A stretch of 64,000 nt of DNA from the NCBI GenBank assembly GCA_964627355.1, contig CAZVIS010000001.1, positions 37,086 to 101,085 on the forward strand. Reading direction: 5' to 3'. Both the position numbers and the translations under genes were made by a program. Position 1 is the stretch's first letter. Every line of letters begins with the position of its first letter. Source of the stretch: an uncultured Rhodobacterales bacterium (GTDB lineage: Bacteria > Pseudomonadota > Alphaproteobacteria > Rhodobacterales > Rhodobacteraceae). The notes beneath the pieces are model-generated. The model did not search any database. It was not told the origin of the DNA and saw only the letters and a list, made by a program, of their open reading frames with translations. Below, in pieces: positions 43,583 through 51,477 of this stretch.

Positions 43583-44116
43583 CTATCCCGTGCTGATGGT
43601 CGACGCGCCGTTGGGGGTCAGTCCCAGCGCTTCGGTGAGATCGTTGAAGATGCCAAGGCGTGCCTCAATGACTGCAATCTCCTCTGGCGTGGTGGCGCGC
43701 GTGGCCTCGATGTCGAGGAAAAGCTGTTCGCATCCTCCTGGTGTTACGATCGCGAACATCTGCCCTGTTTCATCGCCAATATTGCGCCAGCCATGCCGCA
43801 CATGTGGCGGCAGAGTCACCACTGTACCGGGCGCCGCAACAAACTCATCGGTCCCGCAGTGGAACAGGTAGGTGCCGCGAACCACACGAAAAACCTCGGT
43901 TTCCCTTGTGTGGGTATGTGGCGCAGGACCCTGACCGGGGGGTGTGAAGGTCTCCCACATTCCGAACGCACCGCCGGTTTCCGCCGATGTGGCGTGGATC
44001 ACAACGTTTGCCCCAAATGGCGTCCGCGCTTTGCGCTCTTGGCCCGGGATCGAAACGACGGCCCTCGTGAAGTCTGGCATGGACGCCTCCACTCTCTCGC
44101 AGTGCAGTTTTACCAT
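43583..44116 (-). CDS. Cupin-domain protein (inserted cargo)
   Basis: GQGPAPHTHTRETEVFRVVRGTYLF...TVVTLPPHVRHGWRN fits the cupin G(x)5HxH...E and G(x)5PxG..H..N motifs. Confidence 0.75.
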   Translation of the reverse strand: MVKLHCERVEASMPDFTRAVVSIPGQERKARTPFGANVVIHATSAETGGAFGMWETFTPPGQGPAPHTHTRETEVFRVVRGTYLFHCGTDEFVAAPGTVVTLPPHVRHGWRNIGDETGQMFAIVTPGGCEQLFLDIEATRATTPEEIAVIEARLGIFNDLTEALGLTPNGASTISTG

Positions 44117-44154
44117 GGCGGGCAGAAGAGCAATAGATCACCCCTGAAATCTCA

Positions 44155-44691
44155 TCAGCCAAGCGAGACCCGGAGATCGGCGAGGGCGTCGAGTTGCACT
44201 CTGACATGAGCTTCCAGCACCCGCTGCAGGATCGCGGCCTCGATGATCACCGGTTTTGCCGATTGCTTTTCCACCTCCCCTGCCACTTCGGCCGCCATCA
44301 GTGCCGCCACCCGGGCAGGCCAGGTGACCCAGCTATCGCGTTCCTGCCGTGCGAGGCGGAACACCAGCGTTTCCGCACGGGCGCGGTCGACCAGCGTGCC
44401 CTTCTTCTTCTGGATCCCGAGCTGCTTTTCCTGCGCCTGGTAGACCGTCAGCGCGGTGCGAGCCTTCAGGTACGACGAGCTGTCGGCCGGTCCGGAGAAC
44501 CCGGTATCGCCGCCGGTGCTGCGCCGCTGCTGGTCCGGATCGGTCATCTCGGCGCGCCGCGCGTCCGAGGCGGCGGCATTGATCGACCCGTCGCTGTAGA
44601 CCACCAGCCGAGCGGTCCGCCGCGCCTTCTGGATCGCCCCGCGCGACAGGCCGGAATGGGCGGAATACTCGCGTTCGGACATGCCTTCCAT
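44155..44691 (-). CDS. terS: Terminase small subunit (Nu1-like, N-terminal HTH)
   Basis: MSEREYSAHSGLSRGAIQKARRTARL is HTH-like. It is the first gene of the late operon. Confidence 0.65.
   Translation of the reverse strand: MEGMSEREYSAHSGLSRGAIQKARRTARLVVYSDGSINAAASDARRAEMTDPDQQRRSTGGDTGFSGPADSSSYLKARTALTVYQAQEKQLGIQKKKGTLVDRARAETLVFRLARQERDSWVTWPARVAALMAAEVAGEVEKQSAKPVIIEAAILQRVLEAHVRVQLDALADLRVSLG
44167..44385. repeat. 219-bp direct repeat, right copy
   Basis: See 43316-43534. It includes a dead TerL start (MSECNSTPSPISGS...). Confidence 0.85.
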
Positions 44692-44814
44692 CGCGATTGA
44701 ACTTGCCTCAAGCCATTGGAAATAAACGGATAAGATGGTCTATTTCGGTTGATCATACTCTCCACCAGAGCGAGTCTCGGGTCAGGACATCACCCCGGAT
44801 CGGAGATCCAGATC

Positions 44815-45036
44815 ATGACCATGGCCACCACCACCATCCGCCTCGACATCGAAACGCTGCCCTACCACCTCGACCGCAGCCGCCCGACAGCAGTGGCGGA
44901 GGCCATCGAGAGGGCGCTGCGCCAGGAGGGGATCGCGGCCGACTGCTCGGACCTCTTCTCGCACCTGAAGATCGAGCTGCCGACCGCACAGCTGGCCGCC
45001 GCCAGCGCCGTGCTGGCCGACCTCAAGCTGATCTGA
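44815..45036 (+). CDS. 73-aa hypothetical protein
   Basis: Internal ATG of track ORF 44749-45036; the product starts MTMATTTIRLDIETLPYHL. Confidence 0.4.
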   Translation: MTMATTTIRLDIETLPYHLDRSRPTAVAEAIERALRQEGIAADCSDLFSHLKIELPTAQLAAASAVLADLKLI

Positions 45037-45105
45037 GGCACGCCGATAAGCACCCGCGCGCAGATCGCCATCCAGACAGGCCCGGATTCATGGGCGCATG
45101 TCTAT

Positions 45106-45402
45106 GTGCACTACGACGGATACCCCTCCCACATGCTGCCTGCGCTGGCCCGCTGGAAGCCCGAGGACATCCTCGTAGCCAAGGAAATCCGGCAGGTCAC
45201 GCCCGAGGCGCTGGACTGCTTCAGCCCGCCCCGCGATCCGCGCATCCTGCCGCGCCCGACGCGGGAATTCGCCCATCTCTACATCTGGACTGGCGGCCAG
45301 TGGGTGCACGTGGTGCCGATGGCTGACGCAGATCGGCCCCATGCCGCACGCACCGCAGTGGAATCCGAACGTACTGATATTGCTCGGAATTGCCTACGCT
45401 GA
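45106..45402 (+). CDS. Hypothetical protein (start uncertain)
   Basis: ORF track. The frame stays open upstream (..AQIAIQTGPDSWAHVYVHYDGYPSH) but contains no ATG. Confidence 0.4.
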   Translation: MHYDGYPSHMLPALARWKPEDILVAKEIRQVTPEALDCFSPPRDPRILPRPTREFAHLYIWTGGQWVHVVPMADADRPHAARTAVESERTDIARNCLR

Positions 45403-45466
45403 CGGCCAGATCAGAGCGATGCTGATCATACGAAAACGATGCAACTCACCGAAGGACGACCACGCC

Positions 45467-45694
45467 ATGACCACCTGCCGCGCCAGAGACAACACCAAGG
45501 CCCTCGACGCCTTCATGACCACCAAGTTCCAGATCGACGCCATGCTGGACCGTCTGCAGACCCTGAGCGCCGACCATTTCGAGACCAGCCCCGACGAGAT
45601 CAACTGGGGCCACGTCGGCACCCTGAACCACTACGCCAGCCTCCTGCGCCAGATCACCGACGCGGCCTTCAAGGAGGGCGAACATGCCGCTTGA
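45467..45694 (+). CDS. 75-aa hypothetical protein
   Basis: Internal ATG of the track ORF; the product starts MTTCRARDNTKALDAFMT. Confidence 0.4.
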   Translation: MTTCRARDNTKALDAFMTTKFQIDAMLDRLQTLSADHFETSPDEINWGHVGTLNHYASLLRQITDAAFKEGEHAA

Positions 45695-45908
45695 TCCCGC
45701 CCAGCGCCATCAGATCGAACAGGACGCGATCACCGCCGCGTGGGAGGCCGAACGCCTCGCCGCCTGCGACGAGGCCGTCGCCCTGCTGCGCGAGATCGCC
45801 GATCTGGAGCGCGACGACGATGGCGACATGATCTTCGGGGCCGACGAGAACGGCCGCAACGATCTACTGTCGCGCATCTCCGCCTTCCTTGCCACCCACG
45901 ACCAATAG
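45684..45908 (+). CDS. 74-aa hypothetical acidic protein
   Basis: ORF track. It overlaps the previous stop. Confidence 0.45.
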   Translation: MPLDPAQRHQIEQDAITAAWEAERLAACDEAVALLREIADLERDDDGDMIFGADENGRNDLLSRISAFLATHDQ

Positions 45909-45917
45909 GGGACCCCC

Positions 45918-46466
45918 ATGACGAAACTCACCGAAACCCAGACCATCATCCTCACCGCCGGGGCACAGCGCCCCGACAACATCGCCCTGCCGATGCCCAA
46001 GGGGCTGGCCGGTGCGGCGGCGAAGATGGCCGTCAACCGGATGATCGCGCTTGGCTGGCTGCAGGAGGTCGATGCCAATCTGCGGCGCGGTGAACCGCTC
46101 TGGCGCGAGACCGGCGAAGGGCATGGGACCACGCTGGTGGTGACGGACGCGGGGCTGCTGGCCATCGGAGTCGAGCCGGTGGTGGTACAGGCCACGACCC
46201 CCATCCAGACCGATGCAGCCGCAACGCTGCAGCCGAAGCCGCCCGCCCAGCGCGAGGGGACAAAACAGGCCATGCTGATCGCGATGCTGCAGCGCCCCGA
46301 GGGTGCCACCATTGCCGAGATCGTCGCGGCAACGGGATGGATGGGTCACACGGCGCGTGGTGCCATCTCCGGCGTGTTGAAGAAGAAGCTCGCACTGCCG
46401 GTCACCGCCGAAAAGGTCGAAGGAAGGGGGACTGTCTATCAGTTGGACGGAAACCATCGGCTTTGA
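45918..46466 (+). CDS. DUF3489-like protein
   Basis: The C-terminal segment TKQAMLIAMLQRPEGATIAEIVAATGWMGHTARGAISGVLKKKLAL matches the DUF3489 pattern as I remember it. Confidence 0.6.
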   Translation: MTKLTETQTIILTAGAQRPDNIALPMPKGLAGAAAKMAVNRMIALGWLQEVDANLRRGEPLWRETGEGHGTTLVVTDAGLLAIGVEPVVVQATTPIQTDAAATLQPKPPAQREGTKQAMLIAMLQRPEGATIAEIVAATGWMGHTARGAISGVLKKKLALPVTAEKVEGRGTVYQLDGNHRL

Positions 46467-46543
46467 CCTTTGAGTTGACTCGGTGCGCCCGCCTTGAAAC
46501 AACGCGTTAGGTTGCAACGAGTTAAGTTGCGTCGGAGGGCGAC

Positions 46544-46996
46544 ATGACGCGATGGATACTTCGGATCATTGCCCTCGGGCTCTTGGCCTTCGCCTCTTTC
46601 ACAGCCTACGACTTTTACCGCGCGGGCTACCTCAGCCTTCCCGATCTTCCAGACGGCGCCTACACGCTTTCATCCGCGAGTGGCTTGCGGGCGATCATTC
46701 TGGACGCCGATGTTCCGGATCAGGTCGGTGATGATCCGCCGAAGTATTTCCGCACGCTGAGTGCAGCCAACCCGGATCGCAAATACTTAACCGTTCCTTT
46801 TGACGTTCAGCCTTGGTTCAAGGACGCATGGTCATGGTGCAAAGCACCGACAGACGAAGAGAAGGTCGATCTCGAACGGATGCCGGATGACTTCAAGCGC
46901 ACCGTGGAAAACGCGCGCTTCGAGGCTGTCTGCCGAATTGATGTCGATGGTACCGAAGTCGTACGGGGTCTGATCTTCTCAGTTCCTCAGTTATAG
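46544..46996 (+). CDS. 150-aa N-terminally membrane-anchored hypothetical protein
   Basis: ORF track. The TM segment is ILRIIALGLLAFASFTAY. Confidence 0.5.
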   Translation: MTRWILRIIALGLLAFASFTAYDFYRAGYLSLPDLPDGAYTLSSASGLRAIILDADVPDQVGDDPPKYFRTLSAANPDRKYLTVPFDVQPWFKDAWSWCKAPTDEEKVDLERMPDDFKRTVENARFEAVCRIDVDGTEVVRGLIFSVPQL

Positions 46997-48322
46997 TACG
47001 TCTCCGACCAGCGGTGCGCGAGCTTTTCGCCCCGTAGCCAACTCCCACCGTCGAACGGCGACATCACAATAGACTGGGTCCAGTTCCATCGCGAAGCACC
47101 GCCGCCGAGCGCGTTCGGCGGCCACCAGCTGGGTGCCGGAGCCGCAGAACGGCTCGTAGATCAGGTCGGCCGGATCCGAAAACGCCGTCAGCACCGCCTC
47201 GACCAGCGCCACTGGGAACACGGCCGGATGCGATCCAGCCGCACCCAGCCCGCCCTTGTGGCGCATGATGCGGAACACAGAGTCCGGGATGCGGTGGCTC
47301 TGGATCGCGTTGCCGGTGCCGGTCTTGGCGTGGACGGTGCCGTCCGCCCCGCGCAGTCCGCCGCCGCCAAGGGTTTCGCCCGCGTGCTTGGACGGAACCG
47401 TCTTGTGCGGTTTGCGGGGCGCGCGGTTGAAGTGGAAAATGAACTCGTGCGACGGGGCCAGGCGGCCGTTCCAGTCGCCCGGCAGGCCCGGGCCCTGATC
47501 CCAGACATACCAGCCAAACCGCCGCCAGCCAGAGGCGCGCATCCATTCGACCCATCCTTCCCAATAGGCCTGCCATTCGCATTCGCGGTGCACGAGGCCG
47601 AGGTTGACCAGCAGCTGCGCGTCGTCGGTGACCGGGGCTGAGGCAAACACGCCCTGCATCAGCGCATCCCAATCGCCGACCTTTTCCCTGGCCGCGCCAT
47701 AGTCGCGCTGCTGCGCATAGGGCGGCGAGGTGAACATCAGAGTGGCCTGTTCGCCCTGCATCAGCCTGGCAACGGCAATTGGATCGGTGGCATCGCCGCA
47801 GCAAAGGCGGTGCTTGCCCAGCGCCCAGATGTCCCCCGGCCTGGTGATCGGTTCGGCGGGCGGGTCGGGGATGGCATCGGCAGCATCGTCGGAAATCGCC
47901 GGGCGGTCGTCCACACCGGCAAGCAGCGCGTCCAGCTCATCATCGGGAATCCCGATCAGCCCCAAGTCGAAATCCTCGGCCAGCAGCGCTTGCAGTTCCT
48001 GCAGCAGCAAGGCCTCGTCCCAGCCACCCAGCTCTGTCAGCTTGTTGTCGGCGATGCGATAGGCCCGGCGCTGCGCCTCGGTCAGGTGGCCCAACACGAT
48101 GACCGGCGCTTCGGTCAAACCGAGATGGGCGGCGGCCAGAATGCGCCCATGGCCTGCGATCAGCTCGCCGTCGGCCGCCACCAGCACCGGCACGGTCCAG
48201 CCGAACTCGGCCATACTGGCAGCGATCTTCGCGACCTGATCGGCGTCATGGGTCTTGGCATTCCGGGCATAGGGCTTCAGCCGGGCCAGGGGCCAATGCT
48301 CGATCCGCTCGGGCTGCATCAT
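46991..48322 (-). CDS. ParB-like nuclease domain fused to an N4/N6 DNA methyltransferase (SPPY)
   Basis: LKPYARNAKTHDADQVAKIAASMAEFGWTVPVLV..GELIAGHGR is the ParB-N part. The MTase part shows LMFTSPPYAQQRDY and a C-terminal FCGSGT motif. Confidence 0.85.
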   Translation of the reverse strand: MMQPERIEHWPLARLKPYARNAKTHDADQVAKIAASMAEFGWTVPVLVAADGELIAGHGRILAAAHLGLTEAPVIVLGHLTEAQRRAYRIADNKLTELGGWDEALLLQELQALLAEDFDLGLIGIPDDELDALLAGVDDRPAISDDAADAIPDPPAEPITRPGDIWALGKHRLCCGDATDPIAVARLMQGEQATLMFTSPPYAQQRDYGAAREKVGDWDALMQGVFASAPVTDDAQLLVNLGLVHRECEWQAYWEGWVEWMRASGWRRFGWYVWDQGPGLPGDWNGRLAPSHEFIFHFNRAPRKPHKTVPSKHAGETLGGGGLRGADGTVHAKTGTGNAIQSHRIPDSVFRIMRHKGGLGAAGSHPAVFPVALVEAVLTAFSDPADLIYEPFCGSGTQLVAAERARRRCFAMELDPVYCDVAVRRWELATGRKARAPLVGDVL

Positions 48323-48831
48323 CGCGCAGGTTCAGCCAAGGGCGTGTAGACCACCAGCGTGGTTCTGCCCGGAACCCACCAGCTTGGGAAGTCCTCTGGC
48401 CATGCGGCGCGCAGACCCTTCGCCGCCGCCAGCGCTGTGATGTCCCGCCGTCTGGCGGCATCGAAGGTGCCATAGAGATGTGCAGCGACAGCGGATGCCA
48501 TCCGGTCCTTGCGATAGAAGAACGGATGGTCGACCAGGTCCCGTGGCCAGGGATCGGCACGGCCGCCGCGACCATCGAACAATCCGCGCCGCGCCAGCAC
48601 GGCCGACGTGAAGTCGGACCGGGACAGCGTCCAGCCATGGATCACGCCAAACAGCACCGCAAGCCGGTGCTGCAAGGTGCGCAGTTCCTGCTGCAAGGCG
48701 TTCAGCCGCGGGACGGTTCTGGTCTCGGCGATCAAGGCGCGCTTGTCGGCCAAGGCACTGATCAGGAGACTGATTTCCAAGGCGTCTGACGTGCTGATCG
48801 TGCCGGGCATGCGGGATTTCGAGGTGATCAT
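48319..48831 (-). CDS. 170-aa hypothetical protein between the two ParB-MTase genes
   Basis: ORF track. It has ATGA overlaps at both ends. Confidence 0.55.
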   Translation of the reverse strand: MITSKSRMPGTISTSDALEISLLISALADKRALIAETRTVPRLNALQQELRTLQHRLAVLFGVIHGWTLSRSDFTSAVLARRGLFDGRGGRADPWPRDLVDHPFFYRKDRMASAVAAHLYGTFDAARRRDITALAAAKGLRAAWPEDFPSWWVPGRTTLVVYTPLAEPAR

Positions 48832-50087
48832 GCCGCCAGCCTCCTGCCCTTCAGGTCGGCAAAGGTCTCGCCGGTGTCGGCCAGCACCGCATTGGCGCCG
48901 GTGAACTGCTGCCAGCGCTCGATGGCCACATCGACATAGGCCGGGTTCAACTCGATCCCGAAGCAGACCCGCCCTGTGGTTTCCGCCGCGATCAGCGTGG
49001 TGCCCGATCCCATGAACGGCTCATACACCGTCTGACTGGGGCTGGAATTGTTCAGAATCGGGCGGCGCATGCATTCGACTGGCTTCTGGGTGCCGTGCAC
49101 GGTGGCGGCATCCTGATCCTTGCCGGAGATGTGCCACAGCGTCGTCTGCTTGCGGTCCCCGGCCCAGTGGCCCTTGCCGGTCTTCCTGACGGCATACCAG
49201 CAGGGTTCATGCTGCCAGTGATAATCGCCGCGGCTAAGAACGAGGCGGTCCTTGGCCCAGATGATCTGCGACCGGACAGCGAAGCCCGCCGCCACCAGGC
49301 TCTCAGCCACGGTCGTGGCATGCAGCGCACCATGCCAGACATAGGCCACGTCGCCGGGGAACAGCGCCCATGCTTCGCGCCAGTCGGCCCGGTCATCGTT
49401 CAACACCTTGCCGGTGCGCTTGGTCTTGGCCGCGCCCTCCTGGTTGCGCCAGGACGGGTCATACTCAACGCCATAGGGTGGGTCCGTGACCATCAGCAGA
49501 GGGCGGACATCGCCCAGCAGCCGCCCGACCACATCGGCAGAGGTGCTGTCGCCGCAGATCAGCCGGTGCGATCCGAGTTGCCAAAGGTCGCCCGCCACCG
49601 ATACCGGCGTGACCGGCGCATCCGGAATGTCATCCTCGCCCTCGACCGCGCCGCCTTCCACCTGATCGGGGTCGCGCAGCAGCGCGTCCAGATCGTCATC
49701 GGCAATGCCCAGCAGCGACAGGTCGAAATCCTCGGCCAGCAGCCCCGCGATCTCGTCGCGCAACATGGCCTCGTCCCACTCGCCCAATTCGGTCAGCTTG
49801 TTGTCGGCGATGCGATAGGCGCGGCGTTCGGCCTCGTCGAGATGGCTGAGACGGATCACCGGCACGTCCTTCAGCCCCAGCATCGCGGCCGCCAGCACCC
49901 GGCCATGCCCCGCGATCAGCTCACCATCGTCGGCCACCATGCAGGGCACGGTCCAGCCGAACTTGGCCATGCTGGCCGCGATCTTCGCGACTTGGTCTGT
50001 GCCGTGGATCTTGGCGTTGCGGGCATAGGGGCGCAGCCGGTTGATCGGCCAAGTCTCAATCTGGCTCGGCGCGAAGACCAGGTCCAT
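48828..50087 (-). CDS. ParB-like nuclease domain fused to an N6-adenine-type DNA methyltransferase (DPPY)
   Basis: LRPYARNAKIHGTDQVAKIAASMAKFGWTVPCMV..GELIAGHGR is the ParB-N part. The MTase part shows LMVTDPPYGVEYD and FMGSGTT. Confidence 0.85.
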   Translation of the reverse strand: MDLVFAPSQIETWPINRLRPYARNAKIHGTDQVAKIAASMAKFGWTVPCMVADDGELIAGHGRVLAAAMLGLKDVPVIRLSHLDEAERRAYRIADNKLTELGEWDEAMLRDEIAGLLAEDFDLSLLGIADDDLDALLRDPDQVEGGAVEGEDDIPDAPVTPVSVAGDLWQLGSHRLICGDSTSADVVGRLLGDVRPLLMVTDPPYGVEYDPSWRNQEGAAKTKRTGKVLNDDRADWREAWALFPGDVAYVWHGALHATTVAESLVAAGFAVRSQIIWAKDRLVLSRGDYHWQHEPCWYAVRKTGKGHWAGDRKQTTLWHISGKDQDAATVHGTQKPVECMRRPILNNSSPSQTVYEPFMGSGTTLIAAETTGRVCFGIELNPAYVDVAIERWQQFTGANAVLADTGETFADLKGRRLAA

Positions 50088-50414
50088 GTGCGATTCTCAT
50101 TCGGGGCAGGCGGACGTGCCGAAGCGCGCTGGGCAATGCCAACGGCCGAATCGGGATCCGCGATTGGGGAATAGGAAAGCGCCCGAGAGAGGTTTCCTCC
50201 GGGCGCTATTCTTCGATGATTAAGGGGTAGGTCAAGGGGGGCAGGTCTGTCAACGGGAATCTGCAAGCGGAATCAATGGGATTCTCGGTTCGGTGAGACG
50301 GCCGGGCTTTTGTGGTGCAGTCCTGATCCGGCTTGCGGGCGATCAATGCACTGGACCCAGCGGCCTCCGACATGCAACTACGACTGCCTTTCCTGCCTCC
50401 AAGGATGAATCGCC

Positions 50415-51041
50415 ATGCGACCCGGTCGCACCCCACCGCCACGCCAGGCCCTGACCCGCCGCGCACTCGGCACCCGGTTCGCCGGGGCCGCAGTTGCAAT
50501 CGGTTTCGGGCAAGGGGCTGCGGCGAGCGAGGCCGCGACTACAGTGCCGGTGCTCGACCCTGACCTGCGCGACGCAGCGCTGCGGGGCCTGGCACTGGCG
50601 GGCTATCGCGGTGATCCGGTCACTGCCGCTGTGGCAAATGCTGCTCTGGCACGGCTGGCGGAAACCGATCCCGAGGCCGGACTGCTTGGCCGCATCTACC
50701 AGATGCTCGATGTCCGCCCGGCCGCCTACTGGCCCGAACGCGTCCCGGCGGCCGCAGCGGCCGATCTCGCCATCCTGCACGCGGCGATCCACGCATCACA
50801 GCCGGTGGCCTTCGGCTACACCGACCTTGACGGCAACGAGACCACGCGCACCGTGCTGCCGCTGGCGCTGGTCCACCCGCCGCAGGGCGTGAAGCTGCTC
50901 GCCTGGTGCGCCGAGCGCCAGGACTTCCGCCAGTTCTTCGTGCGCTCGATGCAGGGCCCCACGCCCCGGCCGGGGGATTTCAAGGGTGACAGGATGGCCC
51001 TGCTGGAAGGGTTGCTGGAGAAGTACGACGGTCGTGCCTGA
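50415..51041 (+). CDS. WYL-domain protein (start uncertain)
   Basis: QPVAFGYTDLDGNETTRTVLPLALVHPPQGVKLLAWCAERQDFRQFFVRSM fits the WYL pattern. No clear N-terminal HTH was seen. Confidence 0.6.
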   Translation: MRPGRTPPPRQALTRRALGTRFAGAAVAIGFGQGAAASEAATTVPVLDPDLRDAALRGLALAGYRGDPVTAAVANAALARLAETDPEAGLLGRIYQMLDVRPAAYWPERVPAAAAADLAILHAAIHASQPVAFGYTDLDGNETTRTVLPLALVHPPQGVKLLAWCAERQDFRQFFVRSMQGPTPRPGDFKGDRMALLEGLLEKYDGRA

Positions 51042-51100
51042 CGTGCTGCTGGCCGGTACTGCGTCCGATGGGCCTGGCACCGGCCAGTTACGTCGCGAGG

Positions 51101-51261
51101 GTGGCTTCCGACAGGGGTGGCTTCCTCGAAGTGGCTTCCGAAAACTGGCCAAGGTGGCTTCCTCAAAAGAATCCAGCTTGGCCAGATCGTGATTTTCTAA
51201 GCCACTGATATCATGTCGTTTACCCGACTGGCTTCCGCCAAGTGGCTTCCAAGTGGATTCC
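51101..51261 (+). repeat. Array of seven 9-bp direct repeats GTGGCTTCC (five exact, two one-off)
   Basis: Exact copies start at 51101, 51117, 51131, 51154 and 51242. The variants are CTGGCTTCC at 51228 and GTGGATTCC at 51253. The array is intergenic, between the WYL gene and hsdM. Confidence 0.75.
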
Positions 51262-51382
51262 CCGGTGAAAGTGCCTGCCGCTAGCGAAACGCCGCGCTGC
51301 GCCCCCCCGCATACAAAAGGGGTCGGGGAGGAACCATGCCAGGGGGGGCGAGCTGCGCGTACTCTGGCGCAATCATGACGGG

Positions 51383-51411
51383 TTGATGGATGCAAGTGTC
51401 GCGCGTATCAT
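51383..51411 (+). promoter_or_regulatory. Sigma70-like promoter candidate for the type I R-M operon
   Basis: TTGATG-N17-TATCAT lies about 65 nt upstream of the hsdM start. Confidence 0.35.
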
Positions 51412-51477
51412 CGTTCAGGAAAAACAGCGGAAGTTGAAGGCAAACAAGCCCTTCCGACGACTTTGGAAGGTGAAATC

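Noticed and set aside
50178-50210. The hairpin GCGCCCGAGAG..CTCCGGGCGC as a terminator.
   Set aside because: It lies upstream of the ParB-MTase gene on the minus strand and has no gene ending before it on the plus strand. It has no clear T-tract, so its function is unclear.
50415-50540. A Tat-type signal peptide (TRRALGTRFAGAAVAIGFG) at the N-terminus of the WYL protein.
   Set aside because: The start codon is uncertain, and export of a WYL protein would be unexpected. The extension may be untranslated upstream sequence.
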